A stretch of DNA of 64,000 nucleotides from Rhodothermales bacterium (GTDB lineage: Bacteria; Bacteroidota; Rhodothermia; Rhodothermales; JANQRZ01): positions 2,286,959-2,350,958 of the forward strand of contig CBDCCX010000006.1 of NCBI GenBank assembly GCA_965215165.1, given 5' to 3'. Position 1 is the first letter of the stretch, and the number at the start of each line of letters is the position of its first letter. Below, in pieces: positions 15,100 to 24,577 of this stretch. The position numbers and the translations under genes are program-made. The notes under the pieces were generated by a model, which searched no databases, was not told the DNA's origin, and worked only from the letters and a program-made list of their open reading frames with translations.

Positions 15100-15261
15100 G
15101 GTTGGAGCGGTTTTGGTTAGAAGGATTGGCGAACGAGAAGGAGGCATTTCTTCGGCCCGGTCGCGTTCGTTAGCTGTCTAGGAGCGAGCGGCGAAGGAGA
15201 GGGCGGGCGCGAGAACAAGCATGAGGCTTCGCCTGGCAGCAGAGGTTGCCGGGGTCGATGG

Positions 15262-17034
15262 TCAGCGGACGACCGTGAGGCGGCGCGTCTCGGTCCGGTC
15301 GTCGGTGCGCAGGCGGACGAGGTAGACCCCGGCCGGCACGCGGCCCAGTGGCACGCGCTCGGCGTAGCTGCCGGCCGCCTGCACCTCGTCGACGAGCACC
15401 GCCACGGTCCGTCCGAGCGCGTCGAGCGCGTCGAGCCGCACTCGGCCCGCCGTGGCGAGGCCGTAGCGCACCGTCGCCGCGCTGCGCGCCGGGTTCGGGA
15501 AGACCTCGGTCGCCGCGCCGACCACGCCGGGCCCGACCGGCACGCCGACCGAGGGGCGGACAGGACGCGTCACCGGCGCCGTCGTGACGTGCTGGTACGG
15601 CCCGGTCTGCGCACGCGCCCAGACAGTCACCTTGCCCGGCGGCAGGCCCGCGACCTCGACCTCGAACGGAGCCGAGGTGTCTGCCCCGACGAACGCGCCG
15701 TTGGCGAAGACCGCCACGGCGCTGGCCGGGCCATCCACGTCTACGCCGACAGTGAACGACTGCCCCGGCTGGATCAGCCCAGGCGCAATCACGAGCGTAG
15801 CCTCGGGCGACCCGACGCGGTCAGCAGCGACGGTGGGGTCGAACCAGAATGCGCCGGGCTTGGCAAGGTCGAAGCCGAGCGCGGCGCGGGCCGCATACTT
15901 CGCGCGGGCCGAGGCGATAGCCTCTTCGAGTCCGTCGGGGATTCGCTCCTGCCACGGCGGATTGCCCGGTTCGGCCCACCAGTTGGCCAGCTCGTCGTAG
16001 ACCCACACGAACTCATCGGTCGTCAGCAGGGCGTGGTAGGTGTTGTGCTCGGCCCAGTCGCGCTGGAAGTCGGCCGGGTGGCCCCAAGCGTAAAGTCCAC
16101 TGAGCTCGAAGAGGTAGTCGGGGTACAGCGCATACCCGACCTGGTGCTCGCGCTGGAACGCGTCGCGGACCTCAGGCGGAATCACGGCGGCGGACTCGTA
16201 GCGGACGAAGTCGTAGTTGTCCGTCACCAGGCTGGTCTCGTCGAGGTAGTACGTCCCCTCGTTGCCGTCGATGAGCGTGAAGCCCGGCGCGGCGGCTTCG
16301 ATCATCCCGCCGAGGAACGAGGGCAGCAGGGCATACTGCACGGTCTCCAGCGTCCCGTCGACCTGAGCTTGGGCGTAGGCGATACCGAAGCCCCAAAGCG
16401 AGAGAAAGACGAAGGCGTCGCGCTCGGTCTGGAGGGCCTGGACGTAGGACGCCCCGCGCGCCTGCACCTGCGCCTGCACGTCGGCAAAGGATCTGCCGGG
16501 GTAGAGCTCGGCCGAGTAGACCCACGGGCTGAAGTCGCTGAAGCCGTAGAACTCGGGGTCGAACCACACGCCGCGCGCCTCGCTCAGGGCGATGCCGCGC
16601 GACAGCAGCCGAGCGTTCGAGAGCACCGTGCTCCACAGCGCGTCGTCGTACCACCCGAACCCCTCGATGCCGGTGCCCTGCTGGTAGACGAAGTTCTCGG
16701 TGTACTGCCCCCAGTCGATGTCGCCGAGGCGGTCGAACTGGAAGTCCGCCGGGTCCCACGGGATGCTGGAGAACGTGAGGAGCGGCTGCCCGACCGCGCC
16801 GAGGTCGACGGCCTCGATCTGGCGCCCGTCGCCGAAGTGGAACATCAGCCCGTCGAACGGGCGGCCCTGCCAGGACGCAGCGTAGTCCAGGAGCTGGTCG
16901 ACGCTCGGCGAAGACCAGCCGGAGTGGATCATGGTTTTGTCGCCGGCTTGGTGGGCCGGGCTCGGCGTGCGGACCTGCGCCGTAACCGCCGGAGCGAGCA
17001 AGAGGAGGACGAGGACGAACGTCGAGATGCGCAT
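15262..17034 (-). CDS. paralog of 9823..11589: secreted uncharacterised protein with T9SS CTD (590 aa)
   Basis: Collinear similarity over the full length to 9823..11589 (e.g. APFEVEVAGLPPGK.TVWARAQTGPYQHVT.APVTRPVRP.VGVPVGPGVVGAA.EVFPNPAR). Confidence 0.8.
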   Translation of the reverse strand: MRISTFVLVLLLLAPAVTAQVRTPSPAHQAGDKTMIHSGWSSPSVDQLLDYAASWQGRPFDGLMFHFGDGRQIEAVDLGAVGQPLLTFSSIPWDPADFQFDRLGDIDWGQYTENFVYQQGTGIEGFGWYDDALWSTVLSNARLLSRGIALSEARGVWFDPEFYGFSDFSPWVYSAELYPGRSFADVQAQVQARGASYVQALQTERDAFVFLSLWGFGIAYAQAQVDGTLETVQYALLPSFLGGMIEAAAPGFTLIDGNEGTYYLDETSLVTDNYDFVRYESAAVIPPEVRDAFQREHQVGYALYPDYLFELSGLYAWGHPADFQRDWAEHNTYHALLTTDEFVWVYDELANWWAEPGNPPWQERIPDGLEEAIASARAKYAARAALGFDLAKPGAFWFDPTVAADRVGSPEATLVIAPGLIQPGQSFTVGVDVDGPASAVAVFANGAFVGADTSAPFEVEVAGLPPGKVTVWARAQTGPYQHVTTAPVTRPVRPSVGVPVGPGVVGAATEVFPNPARSAATVRYGLATAGRVRLDALDALGRTVAVLVDEVQAAGSYAERVPLGRVPAGVYLVRLRTDDRTETRRLTVVR

Positions 17035-17054
17035 AGCGTCAGAGGCGAGTGGGA

Positions 17055-20000
17055 CTAGCGAAGAACCGTGACGCGCTGCGTCTCGGTGCGTCCGGCGGCG
17101 CGAAGCCGAACCAGGTAGACGCCGGCCGGAACGCCAGCCAGGGGCACCCGCTCGGCGTAGCTGCCAGCGGGCTGCACCTCGTCGACGAGCGTCGCCACCG
17201 TCCGGCCGAGCGCGTCGAAGACCTCGATCTTCACCGGGCCGGAAGCGGGCACGCCGTAGCGGAGCACCGCGGCCCCACGCGCAGGGTTCGGATAGACCTT
17301 GAGCCCTACGAACGCACCCGGTACCGGCACGGGCGGCGATGTCACTGGCATCGGTGTAGTGCCCGAGGCCACGGCGCTCGGGTCGAGGCCCGGCTTGAAG
17401 GCACGGGCGCGGACCGGCGTCGCCGCCGACACCTCGAACGGGCCGTCGTAGAGCGCCGAGGTCTCGCCCGGCACCGCGCCGTCGGTGGTGTAGCGCAGAC
17501 TTGCGCCCGGCGTCAGCGTGGAGAGCGAGACGCGGACCGAGGCCGGGCCGGCCGGGCGGCGCTCGATGAACGGCATCCCGGCGCGGCCGATCTCATAGCC
17601 GGTGAGCGTCTGCGCGCGCGGGTGGTAGTAACGGTCGAAGAAGTTGGGGTCGTCCCCATACTCTTCCCACAGCTCTTCTAGCTCGGCGAGAATCGGGAGG
17701 TACTGCGCGTCGAAGCCGCTCACGTCCGGGTTGCCACGCCCGCCCCAGACGAGCGCGACGAGGTACTTCTCGACGCCCTCGAAGCCGGTCCACCCGTCGC
17801 CCTTGGTCACGCCGACGGCATTGGCGCGGCGGAACTGCCCGGTCACGTAGCGCGCCCACGACCAGTCGGCTCCGGCATCAGCCTGGGCGTTCTCGGCCAT
17901 GTAGGTCGCCGTGGCGTAGGTGTAGATGAACGGGCGGAACGCCGCCCCGGCGACGCCCGACTGCGGGAAGCTGTCGTGGATGATGACGGTCCCGCCGGGA
18001 TAGACATCGCCCCGCAGCCGGCGCATGGCGATGTAGGCCGAGAGCCAGTCGTCCTGGGCGAGGCCATCGGAGTACATCCCCTCCATGCCGTACTCGTCGC
18101 GCCAGCGGGCGATCTCGTCGGCGAAGACCTTGGGGTCGCGGCTGAAGTAGAACCACTGCGAGAAGTACGAGGCCCAGCGGTCGCCGGCGGCCTGGACGGC
18201 CGGGACGTAGTTGGTGTAAGCGTTGTCGGTGCGGGGTTCGTAGCGCGGGCCGAAGCTCATCGCCCACCCGCGCTGGCTCACGTTCCACAGCAGCCAGTCG
18301 CTGACGATTTCCGGCGTCGAGTAGTCGTCGGCCGGCTCGCCGAAGCCGATCAGGCTCCAGGCGAAGTCAAACGACTGTGCCCAGTCGTAGGCGCGGCTCG
18401 GGAAGGCGCTCACAAAGAGGCGCTCGCCGGGGCTGACCTCGGCCCGAGCCCGCCAGCCCGGCGCGGCGTCGCCCGGCGTGTTGAGGTCGTCCGGCGCAAT
18501 CCCGAGGAACGGGAGGGCACCGAGCGCGCTCAGCCGGGGCATCCGCCCGGTGCCGAGCGGGACGTGGACGTTCGCTGTGAAGCCGCCGAAGTCGTCCATC
18601 GAGAAGAGGTCGCCCCGTTCGAGCCGGTTGAAGTCGCCCCCGAGCCGGCTCTCGACGGTCGCCGAAAGCTCGGTATGCGGGCTGATGACCGCCGCGCCGT
18701 CGGCCTGCACCCCGACGGTCAGCGCGTTCCCGACGAGCACCACCACGTCGTCCGACTGCTGCTGCACGCTCAGCCCTGACAGATCGAGACCCGAGACCAG
18801 CGACAGCTCGCGCTCCACCCCGGCGCGTTGCCCGACGGCGAGCGTCCCGGCCGCGCGGTCGAACGCGAACGCGGCCCCGAGCGTCTCGACCGTAATCACA
18901 GCCCCATCGTCCTCGACGCCGTCGATCTGCATGGCGAGCTCGCCCGGACCGCCGGGGAAGGTGACGCCCTCGCCCGGTGCGAATGCCGTGAGGGGCTCTT
19001 CGGGAAGCTCTGTGATAACGTAGTCGGCGATCTCGAAGGCCACGTCGTCGTCGAAGCCGGGGCCGTACTCGTGGATGCCAAAGGCGAGGCGGACGTGCTC
19101 GGCCGCCGGCCAGTGTGGGGTGAAGCGCCACGTCCAGCGCTGCCAGCCGTCCGGCCCCTCGGTAATGGCCGGCATCCCGCCGTAGCGTGCCCCTTCGAGG
19201 TTGGCATCGACCGGCGCATCGGCCTCCTCCGTACCCCAGATGATGGCGCTGATCTCCCAGGTCGCGCGCGGGAAGTCGGCGCGGATGAGGGTGGAGACCT
19301 CGTAGGTCCGGTTCGGGCGGATCGGGATGGTGCGGACGAACTCGGGCCGGGTGTCGGCCTCGTCGATGCCGTCCGGGTCGGCGACACTCAGGGCGTAGGT
19401 CGCTACGCCGTCGTAGACCGGCGCCCAGCGGAGCGGGACGGCAGTGCTGTTGTCGAAGGCGAGACCACGCGCGCGCAGGTCGCCGTCGGGTGTGCGGAGG
19501 ACGGTGCCGCCCTGCGGGTCGACGTCGAGGAGGGCGGTGAAGCCCGGCGGTGGAGCGGGCAGGCCAGTCTCCTCCGGGGTCTCGACCGTCACGTTGTCGA
19601 TGGCGGAGCGCCCGGCATAGGCCGTGCCCCAGTTGAAGAAGGCCCCGAGCGCACCCGTCCCCGTCGCCCGGTTCAGGCTCGTCTCGATGCCCTTGTCCAC
19701 GCCATCGATTTCGAGCCGAAGCGTGTTGGCGTCCAGATCGTAGACCAGCCCAACTCGGTGCCACGTCCCGGCGTCCAGCCCCGCGTTGTCGGGGTAGACC
19801 ACGCCCTCGAACTCGCCCGTCGCCGTGTCGTAGTCGAGCAGGCCGACCGAGAGACCGGTTTCGGAAAAGCTCAGGATCGTCGAGCCCATGTCCTCCTCAG
19901 TCTCGTCGTAGAGCCGGAGAAAGGCGAACCCGTCGCCTGGCCCCTCGGCGATCAGGTCGAACCCGACCCGGACGATGCCCTCAGTCACGATGCCAGCCAC

Positions 20001-20291
20001 CAGGGCGTGGTCGAAGTCGAGCAGGTAGTAGTCGCCGGCCGTGGAGGCGTCCACGCGAGCAACGTTCCCTGAGGCCGTCGAGGCTCCGATGTTGCCGAAG
20101 ACGGGCGCGACGCGGACGCGAGCCTCGACCTCGCCGAAGGCTCTCGTGGGGCGCAGGCCGCCCAGCCCGCGCACCGTCTCCGGCGCACTGCCGACGGGGT
20201 CCTGCTCGAAAGTCACGTCAAAGGCCGTGACCTGGGCTAGGGCTGGGAGCGGGAAGGCAAGGAGGGCAGCCGCAAAGAGGAGTCTAGACAT
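17055..20291 (-). CDS. large secreted multidomain protein with T9SS CTD (1078 aa)
   Basis: Signal peptide. N-terminal LamG/concanavalin-like pattern (...WHRVGLVYDLDANTLRLEIDGV...). Central uncharacterised region. A chitobiase/hexosaminidase-C-like module (LRYTTDGAVPGETSALYDGPFEVSAATPVRARAF). CTD nearly identical to those of its neighbours. Confidence 0.8.
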   Translation of the reverse strand: MSRLLFAAALLAFPLPALAQVTAFDVTFEQDPVGSAPETVRGLGGLRPTRAFGEVEARVRVAPVFGNIGASTASGNVARVDASTAGDYYLLDFDHALVAGIVTEGIVRVGFDLIAEGPGDGFAFLRLYDETEEDMGSTILSFSETGLSVGLLDYDTATGEFEGVVYPDNAGLDAGTWHRVGLVYDLDANTLRLEIDGVDKGIETSLNRATGTGALGAFFNWGTAYAGRSAIDNVTVETPEETGLPAPPPGFTALLDVDPQGGTVLRTPDGDLRARGLAFDNSTAVPLRWAPVYDGVATYALSVADPDGIDEADTRPEFVRTIPIRPNRTYEVSTLIRADFPRATWEISAIIWGTEEADAPVDANLEGARYGGMPAITEGPDGWQRWTWRFTPHWPAAEHVRLAFGIHEYGPGFDDDVAFEIADYVITELPEEPLTAFAPGEGVTFPGGPGELAMQIDGVEDDGAVITVETLGAAFAFDRAAGTLAVGQRAGVERELSLVSGLDLSGLSVQQQSDDVVVLVGNALTVGVQADGAAVISPHTELSATVESRLGGDFNRLERGDLFSMDDFGGFTANVHVPLGTGRMPRLSALGALPFLGIAPDDLNTPGDAAPGWRARAEVSPGERLFVSAFPSRAYDWAQSFDFAWSLIGFGEPADDYSTPEIVSDWLLWNVSQRGWAMSFGPRYEPRTDNAYTNYVPAVQAAGDRWASYFSQWFYFSRDPKVFADEIARWRDEYGMEGMYSDGLAQDDWLSAYIAMRRLRGDVYPGGTVIIHDSFPQSGVAGAAFRPFIYTYATATYMAENAQADAGADWSWARYVTGQFRRANAVGVTKGDGWTGFEGVEKYLVALVWGGRGNPDVSGFDAQYLPILAELEELWEEYGDDPNFFDRYYHPRAQTLTGYEIGRAGMPFIERRPAGPASVRVSLSTLTPGASLRYTTDGAVPGETSALYDGPFEVSAATPVRARAFKPGLDPSAVASGTTPMPVTSPPVPVPGAFVGLKVYPNPARGAAVLRYGVPASGPVKIEVFDALGRTVATLVDEVQPAGSYAERVPLAGVPAGVYLVRLRAAGRTETQRVTVLR

Positions 20292-20604
20292 GGCGAAGTT
20301 ACGATGGAAGCAAGGGTGGGGTCTCTGCTGACACAGGGGGGCGTATGTTACACTCGCGTCGCAATAATCCCATGGGCAAGACCTGACGGTTCCCTGAGGT
20401 TTTGCTACGAACGGAGTGGAAAGGCGGCGAGGGCATGGCAGGAGGACTGATTCAGAGGGCGAGACCGCGGCGGACGGACGGTGTGCGAGCTACAGAGAGC
20501 CCATCGAGGGTTGGAGGTACCGTGGAGCACGCACCGCCTGGCGCGCTCTCCTAGGATCCAGAAGTGAGCGGTGCCGTAACGTCCTCCTACTCGCCTTGAC
20601 CACT

Positions 20605-22782
20605 ATGACAGCCTCTGACGCCTACCTCCTCACCGTTGCTCCTTTCTGCGTCGCCGGCTACCAGGTCCGACCGTCGCTCCTCGAAGTCGAGCTCGGTGGG
20701 GAGGTCCGCACGCTCGAACCAAAAGTGATGGGAGTGCTCTGCCACCTCGCCGAGCGGCCGGGTAAGACCGTCTCGCGGCGCGAGTTGCTCGACCGGGGCT
20801 GGTCGGGCACCGTGGTAGGCGACGAGGTGCTCACGCGGTGTGTCTCCGAGCTTCGCAAAGCCTTTGGCGATGACGCTCGCGCACCGACCGTAGTGGGGAC
20901 CGTCCCCCGCATCGGGTACAGGCTCCTAGCGCCTGTCGAATGGGAACCGGACAGGGCCGAGCTGGGCGGCGCAGAATCGGACGCGAAGCCTGAGCCGAGC
21001 CCGGCACGGGACACCGCGCCGGGCGCTCCGCAACGCGAGGCGCTAAAGCCGCTCTGGTGGGCAGCAGGAGTCTCGGCGCTCGCCCTCTTCGTCGCAGGGT
21101 ACGCCTGGACGGTGCGCTCGCCGGACGCCGGCTCCGCCGCGTCCGAGGTCTTCGCGCGCCCTCTTACCGCGACGCCGGGCTACGAGATGGAGCCCGCCCT
21201 CGCGCCCGATGGGCAGCGCGTCGCCTACGTCGGCGGCGAACGCGGCCCATCGGGCCTCTTCGTGCTGCCCACCGATGGCGGCGAGGCGCTAAAGCTGGTG
21301 CAGGGCCGGGACGCGCTGACCTCCCCTCGCTGGACTCCGGACGGCACGCGGATCGCCTACATCGACCACGACCGAAGCGCAGAGACCCTGCCGGACGAGG
21401 CCTGCCTGATTATGGAGGTCTCCGCGCTCGGCGGGCCGGAGCGCGTCGTCGGGCCCTGCCCCGGGGGAGCGGCCCGGACGCTCGACTGGACCCCGGACGG
21501 GCAGGCGCTCATCGTAGGCGGCGACGAGGCCGGCGCGCCCACCCTCTCCCGCGTCGAGCGCGCGAGCGGGGCCGCGCGCGCGCTCGCGTACGAGCGTCCC
21601 GGCGGGGCCATCGACGACACTCCCCGCGTCTCGGCCGACGGGCGCCGCGTGCTGTTCCTCCGCACCGTAGGCGGCAGTGCCACGACCGTCCGCGTGCTCG
21701 ACCTCGAGGCCGAGCGCGTCACCGCGCTGGCGTCGAGCGCGAGAGGCGTGGTGGGGCTGGACTGGCTGCCGGACGGCGGGGTCGTCTACGCTGTCACGCA
21801 GGCGTTCCGCGGTGAGCTGTGGCGGCTCGCCGCGGCCGATGGGGCCTCCGCCCCCGAGCGGCTCCGCGTGCTCGACCCCGGCTTGAGGCCGGACGTCGCC
21901 GCCGGACGCCTCGTATTCGAGCGGTGGCGCGTCGACGGAGGGCTCGCCACGTTCCACCCTGAGCGACCGGGCGAGCTCACCCCGTTCGCCCCGTCGACAG
22001 CGTTCGACGCCCACGCTCAGATCTCGCCCGACGGGCAGCGCGTGGCGTTCCTCTCGGAGCGCTCAGGCTCGCTTCAGGTGTGGGTCAGCGGGCGCGACGG
22101 CTCCCGCCCCCGCGCCGTAACCGACCTCCCCGGCATCGCGCTCAGCCCGCCGCGGTGGTCGCCCGATGGCCTCCGCCTCGCCTTCACCGCGCTCGACGCC
22201 GACGGCGCCGACGTGTTCGTGCTCGACCATGTCGGGGGTGCGTTGGAGCAACCGCGACGGCTGGCCGTGGCCGGCAACGAGGTGCGTCCCGCTTGGTCGG
22301 CTGACGGGCGCTGGCTCTACGTCGCCTCCGACCGCTCGGGCGACCTTCAGATCTGGCGCGTCCCTGTCGGCGGCGGCGGCGGCGTGCAGCTGACGGCGGA
22401 CGGCGGCGTGGTGGTGCAGCCCTCGCCCGACGGCCGCACCCTCTACACGATGAAGCCCAGCGCACCGGGGGTGTGGGTTCGCACAGGGGACGGGGGCGAG
22501 GACACACGGCTCCTCGCCGACCTCGCGCCTCGCTACTTCCACCTCCACCGCTGGGCACCGGCGGACGACGGCCTCGTCTACGTAGATCGACCGGCAGGGG
22601 CGCAGTACGAGACGCTGCGCTCGACAACTTCGGCTGAGCCCCTCTTCCGCTTTCCCGAGAGCCGCGCCGTCCACACGCTGTCGTGGTCGCCCGACGATGG
22701 CCCGGCGATCGCCGGGCTGATCGACCGGCGCGAGGTGGACCTCGCGCTCGCGGACCTCGCCGGGTCGGAGCGCACGCGGTGA
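20605..22782 (+). CDS. membrane-tethered transcriptional regulator: OmpR/CadC-type winged helix + TM helix + TolB-like (PD40) beta-propeller
   Basis: Internal ATG 20605 of ORF 20416..22782. wHTH: ...VRTLEPKVMGVLCHLAERPGKTVSRRELLDRGWSG.VVGDEVLTRCVSELRKAF...VPRIGYRL. TM helix: PLWWAAGVSALALFVAGYAW. Repeated P.WSPDG..(I/L)A(F/Y) blades. Confidence 0.8.
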   Translation: MTASDAYLLTVAPFCVAGYQVRPSLLEVELGGEVRTLEPKVMGVLCHLAERPGKTVSRRELLDRGWSGTVVGDEVLTRCVSELRKAFGDDARAPTVVGTVPRIGYRLLAPVEWEPDRAELGGAESDAKPEPSPARDTAPGAPQREALKPLWWAAGVSALALFVAGYAWTVRSPDAGSAASEVFARPLTATPGYEMEPALAPDGQRVAYVGGERGPSGLFVLPTDGGEALKLVQGRDALTSPRWTPDGTRIAYIDHDRSAETLPDEACLIMEVSALGGPERVVGPCPGGAARTLDWTPDGQALIVGGDEAGAPTLSRVERASGAARALAYERPGGAIDDTPRVSADGRRVLFLRTVGGSATTVRVLDLEAERVTALASSARGVVGLDWLPDGGVVYAVTQAFRGELWRLAAADGASAPERLRVLDPGLRPDVAAGRLVFERWRVDGGLATFHPERPGELTPFAPSTAFDAHAQISPDGQRVAFLSERSGSLQVWVSGRDGSRPRAVTDLPGIALSPPRWSPDGLRLAFTALDADGADVFVLDHVGGALEQPRRLAVAGNEVRPAWSADGRWLYVASDRSGDLQIWRVPVGGGGGVQLTADGGVVVQPSPDGRTLYTMKPSAPGVWVRTGDGGEDTRLLADLAPRYFHLHRWAPADDGLVYVDRPAGAQYETLRSTTSAEPLFRFPESRAVHTLSWSPDDGPAIAGLIDRREVDLALADLAGSERTR

Positions 22783-22939
22783 GCGCTCAGCGCGGCGCGC
22801 CGACCTGGGGCTGCGCGAGGGGCTCCGACTCGGGCCTCAGCGGTCCCTCAGCTCCATCTTCGACGGGCCTCAGGCGTAGGCCTCGCCCCGCTCGCGAGAT
22901 TGGGACCGTCTCCGTATCCCGAACTCTCTCCCAGACGCC

Positions 22940-24397
22940 ATGGCTCGCCTCCACGTCGCGCTCGCCCTCCTGTTCTTTGCCGTCCCGCTCCGAGCTCAGG
23001 AGGTTCCCACCTACTCGCTCACCCTCGTCACCACTAACAGTGCCGGCGGCAATGCTAATGTCGTCACCGACAACGGCCTAGTCGGCGGCTCCCTTGCCCT
23101 CTTCGACGCGCCCGGCATCATCGACCCGACTGAGGCCTATCTCTGGCAGGACGGCGAGATCATCTGGCAAGGCTCGCTCGGGCTAGAAGCCGCGGGCATC
23201 GGTGACATCAATACCGCCGGCGACGCCGCCGGTGTGGCAGCCGAGGCTGGCGACGGGTTCAACGGCGAGTTCAGAGCCTTTGCCCGCACTGCCGGCGGCG
23301 ATCCTGTGGGCCTGCCCGCGCTCCCGCTCCAGCCAGGATTCGACCTCGTCTCGTCTAGCTTCGACCTCAATGACGCCGGCCTCGTCGTCGGCAACGCTCG
23401 CACTGACGACGACGACTGGCCGAACGGCGCTTTCAACGCGTACCACGCCGTCGTCTGGGCGCCGAGTGGCGATGGGACCTACGCCGTCACTGACCTCGGC
23501 ACGCTCGGCGGCGGCTACAGCCGCGCTGTAGCGATCAACAATGCTGGCGTCATCGCTGGGGCGGCCGTCCCGCCTCAGAACGGACCGGCCCCCGACATCA
23601 TCCGCGCCGTCCGCTGGAAGAAGAACGGCAGTGGGACGTACGAGATCGAGGACCTCGGCCTCATCTCGCCAGGCGACACCTTCTCCGAGGCCAAGGAGGT
23701 CAACGAGAAGGGACAGATCATGGGCGAGGCGTTTGGACCGGGCAACACACTCTCCCCAGCAGTCTGGGAGCCCGACGGCACCGGCCGCCGCTACCCCGTC
23801 CCCGCGGGCGTCGTCGACTGCACCGCAGAGGACTTCAACGAAGACACCACGGTCGTCGGGCAGTGCAGCGACCTCTCTTCCCCCGACCGGATCCAGGCGG
23901 CGGTCTGGCTCGACGAGACGCTGTACTTCCTGCGCGACCTCGTCGACGATTCCGCCGAGGGGTGGACCTTCCAGCGCGCTGTGGGGATCAACAACTTCGG
24001 GTGGATCGTCGGCGTCGGCCAGCGCGCCGGGTTTGCCGACAGCGAGGGGCGCCCCGAGAACTTCGGGTTCTTGCTCAAGCCCACCGAACCCGTGGCGACC
24101 GAGCCGGTGGCCGAGGCGGTCCCGCTCGCTCTCGTCGCTGCGCCCAACCCGCTCGGACGCTCCGGCACCCGGTTGTCGTTTACGATCCCCGCCGCGCGCG
24201 AAGCCTCCGTCGAAGTGTTCGACGTGCGGGGCCGCCGCGTCCGCTCGCTCCGCGCTGGCCCGCTCCCTGCCGGGGCCCACACGGTGATGTGGGACGGGCG
24301 TGACGCGACGGGACGGATGCTTCCGAGCGGTGTCTACCTCGTCCACCTCCGCACCGAGACCGAACACACTACACGGCGGGTGACGATCGTCCGGTAG
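22940..24397 (+). CDS. HAF-family extracellular repeat protein with T9SS CTD (485 aa)
   Basis: Signal peptide. Repeats of the type INxAGxxxG...HAVVW...TDLGTLGGGYSRAVAINNAGVIAG. CTD ...PNPLGRSGTRLSFTI...VEVFDVRGRRVRSL...SGVYLVHLRTETEHTTRRVTIVR. Confidence 0.8.
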   Translation: MARLHVALALLFFAVPLRAQEVPTYSLTLVTTNSAGGNANVVTDNGLVGGSLALFDAPGIIDPTEAYLWQDGEIIWQGSLGLEAAGIGDINTAGDAAGVAAEAGDGFNGEFRAFARTAGGDPVGLPALPLQPGFDLVSSSFDLNDAGLVVGNARTDDDDWPNGAFNAYHAVVWAPSGDGTYAVTDLGTLGGGYSRAVAINNAGVIAGAAVPPQNGPAPDIIRAVRWKKNGSGTYEIEDLGLISPGDTFSEAKEVNEKGQIMGEAFGPGNTLSPAVWEPDGTGRRYPVPAGVVDCTAEDFNEDTTVVGQCSDLSSPDRIQAAVWLDETLYFLRDLVDDSAEGWTFQRAVGINNFGWIVGVGQRAGFADSEGRPENFGFLLKPTEPVATEPVAEAVPLALVAAPNPLGRSGTRLSFTIPAAREASVEVFDVRGRRVRSLRAGPLPAGAHTVMWDGRDATGRMLPSGVYLVHLRTETEHTTRRVTIVR

Positions 24398-24577
24398 CCC
24401 CACCTGAGCGCGTGAGGTTAGGTCATCGCCCGGATGGTGCAACGGCGAGGGGCCGACACCCCTTACCGAAACCTCAGGAATGCCTAGAGTCCCTCTCAGG
24501 ACTCCCTCACGGCTGGCCTCTACTTTCGTAGGCGTCCGCTCAGCGGACCCCTCCCTTCCAACCAACCCCTGTGTACT

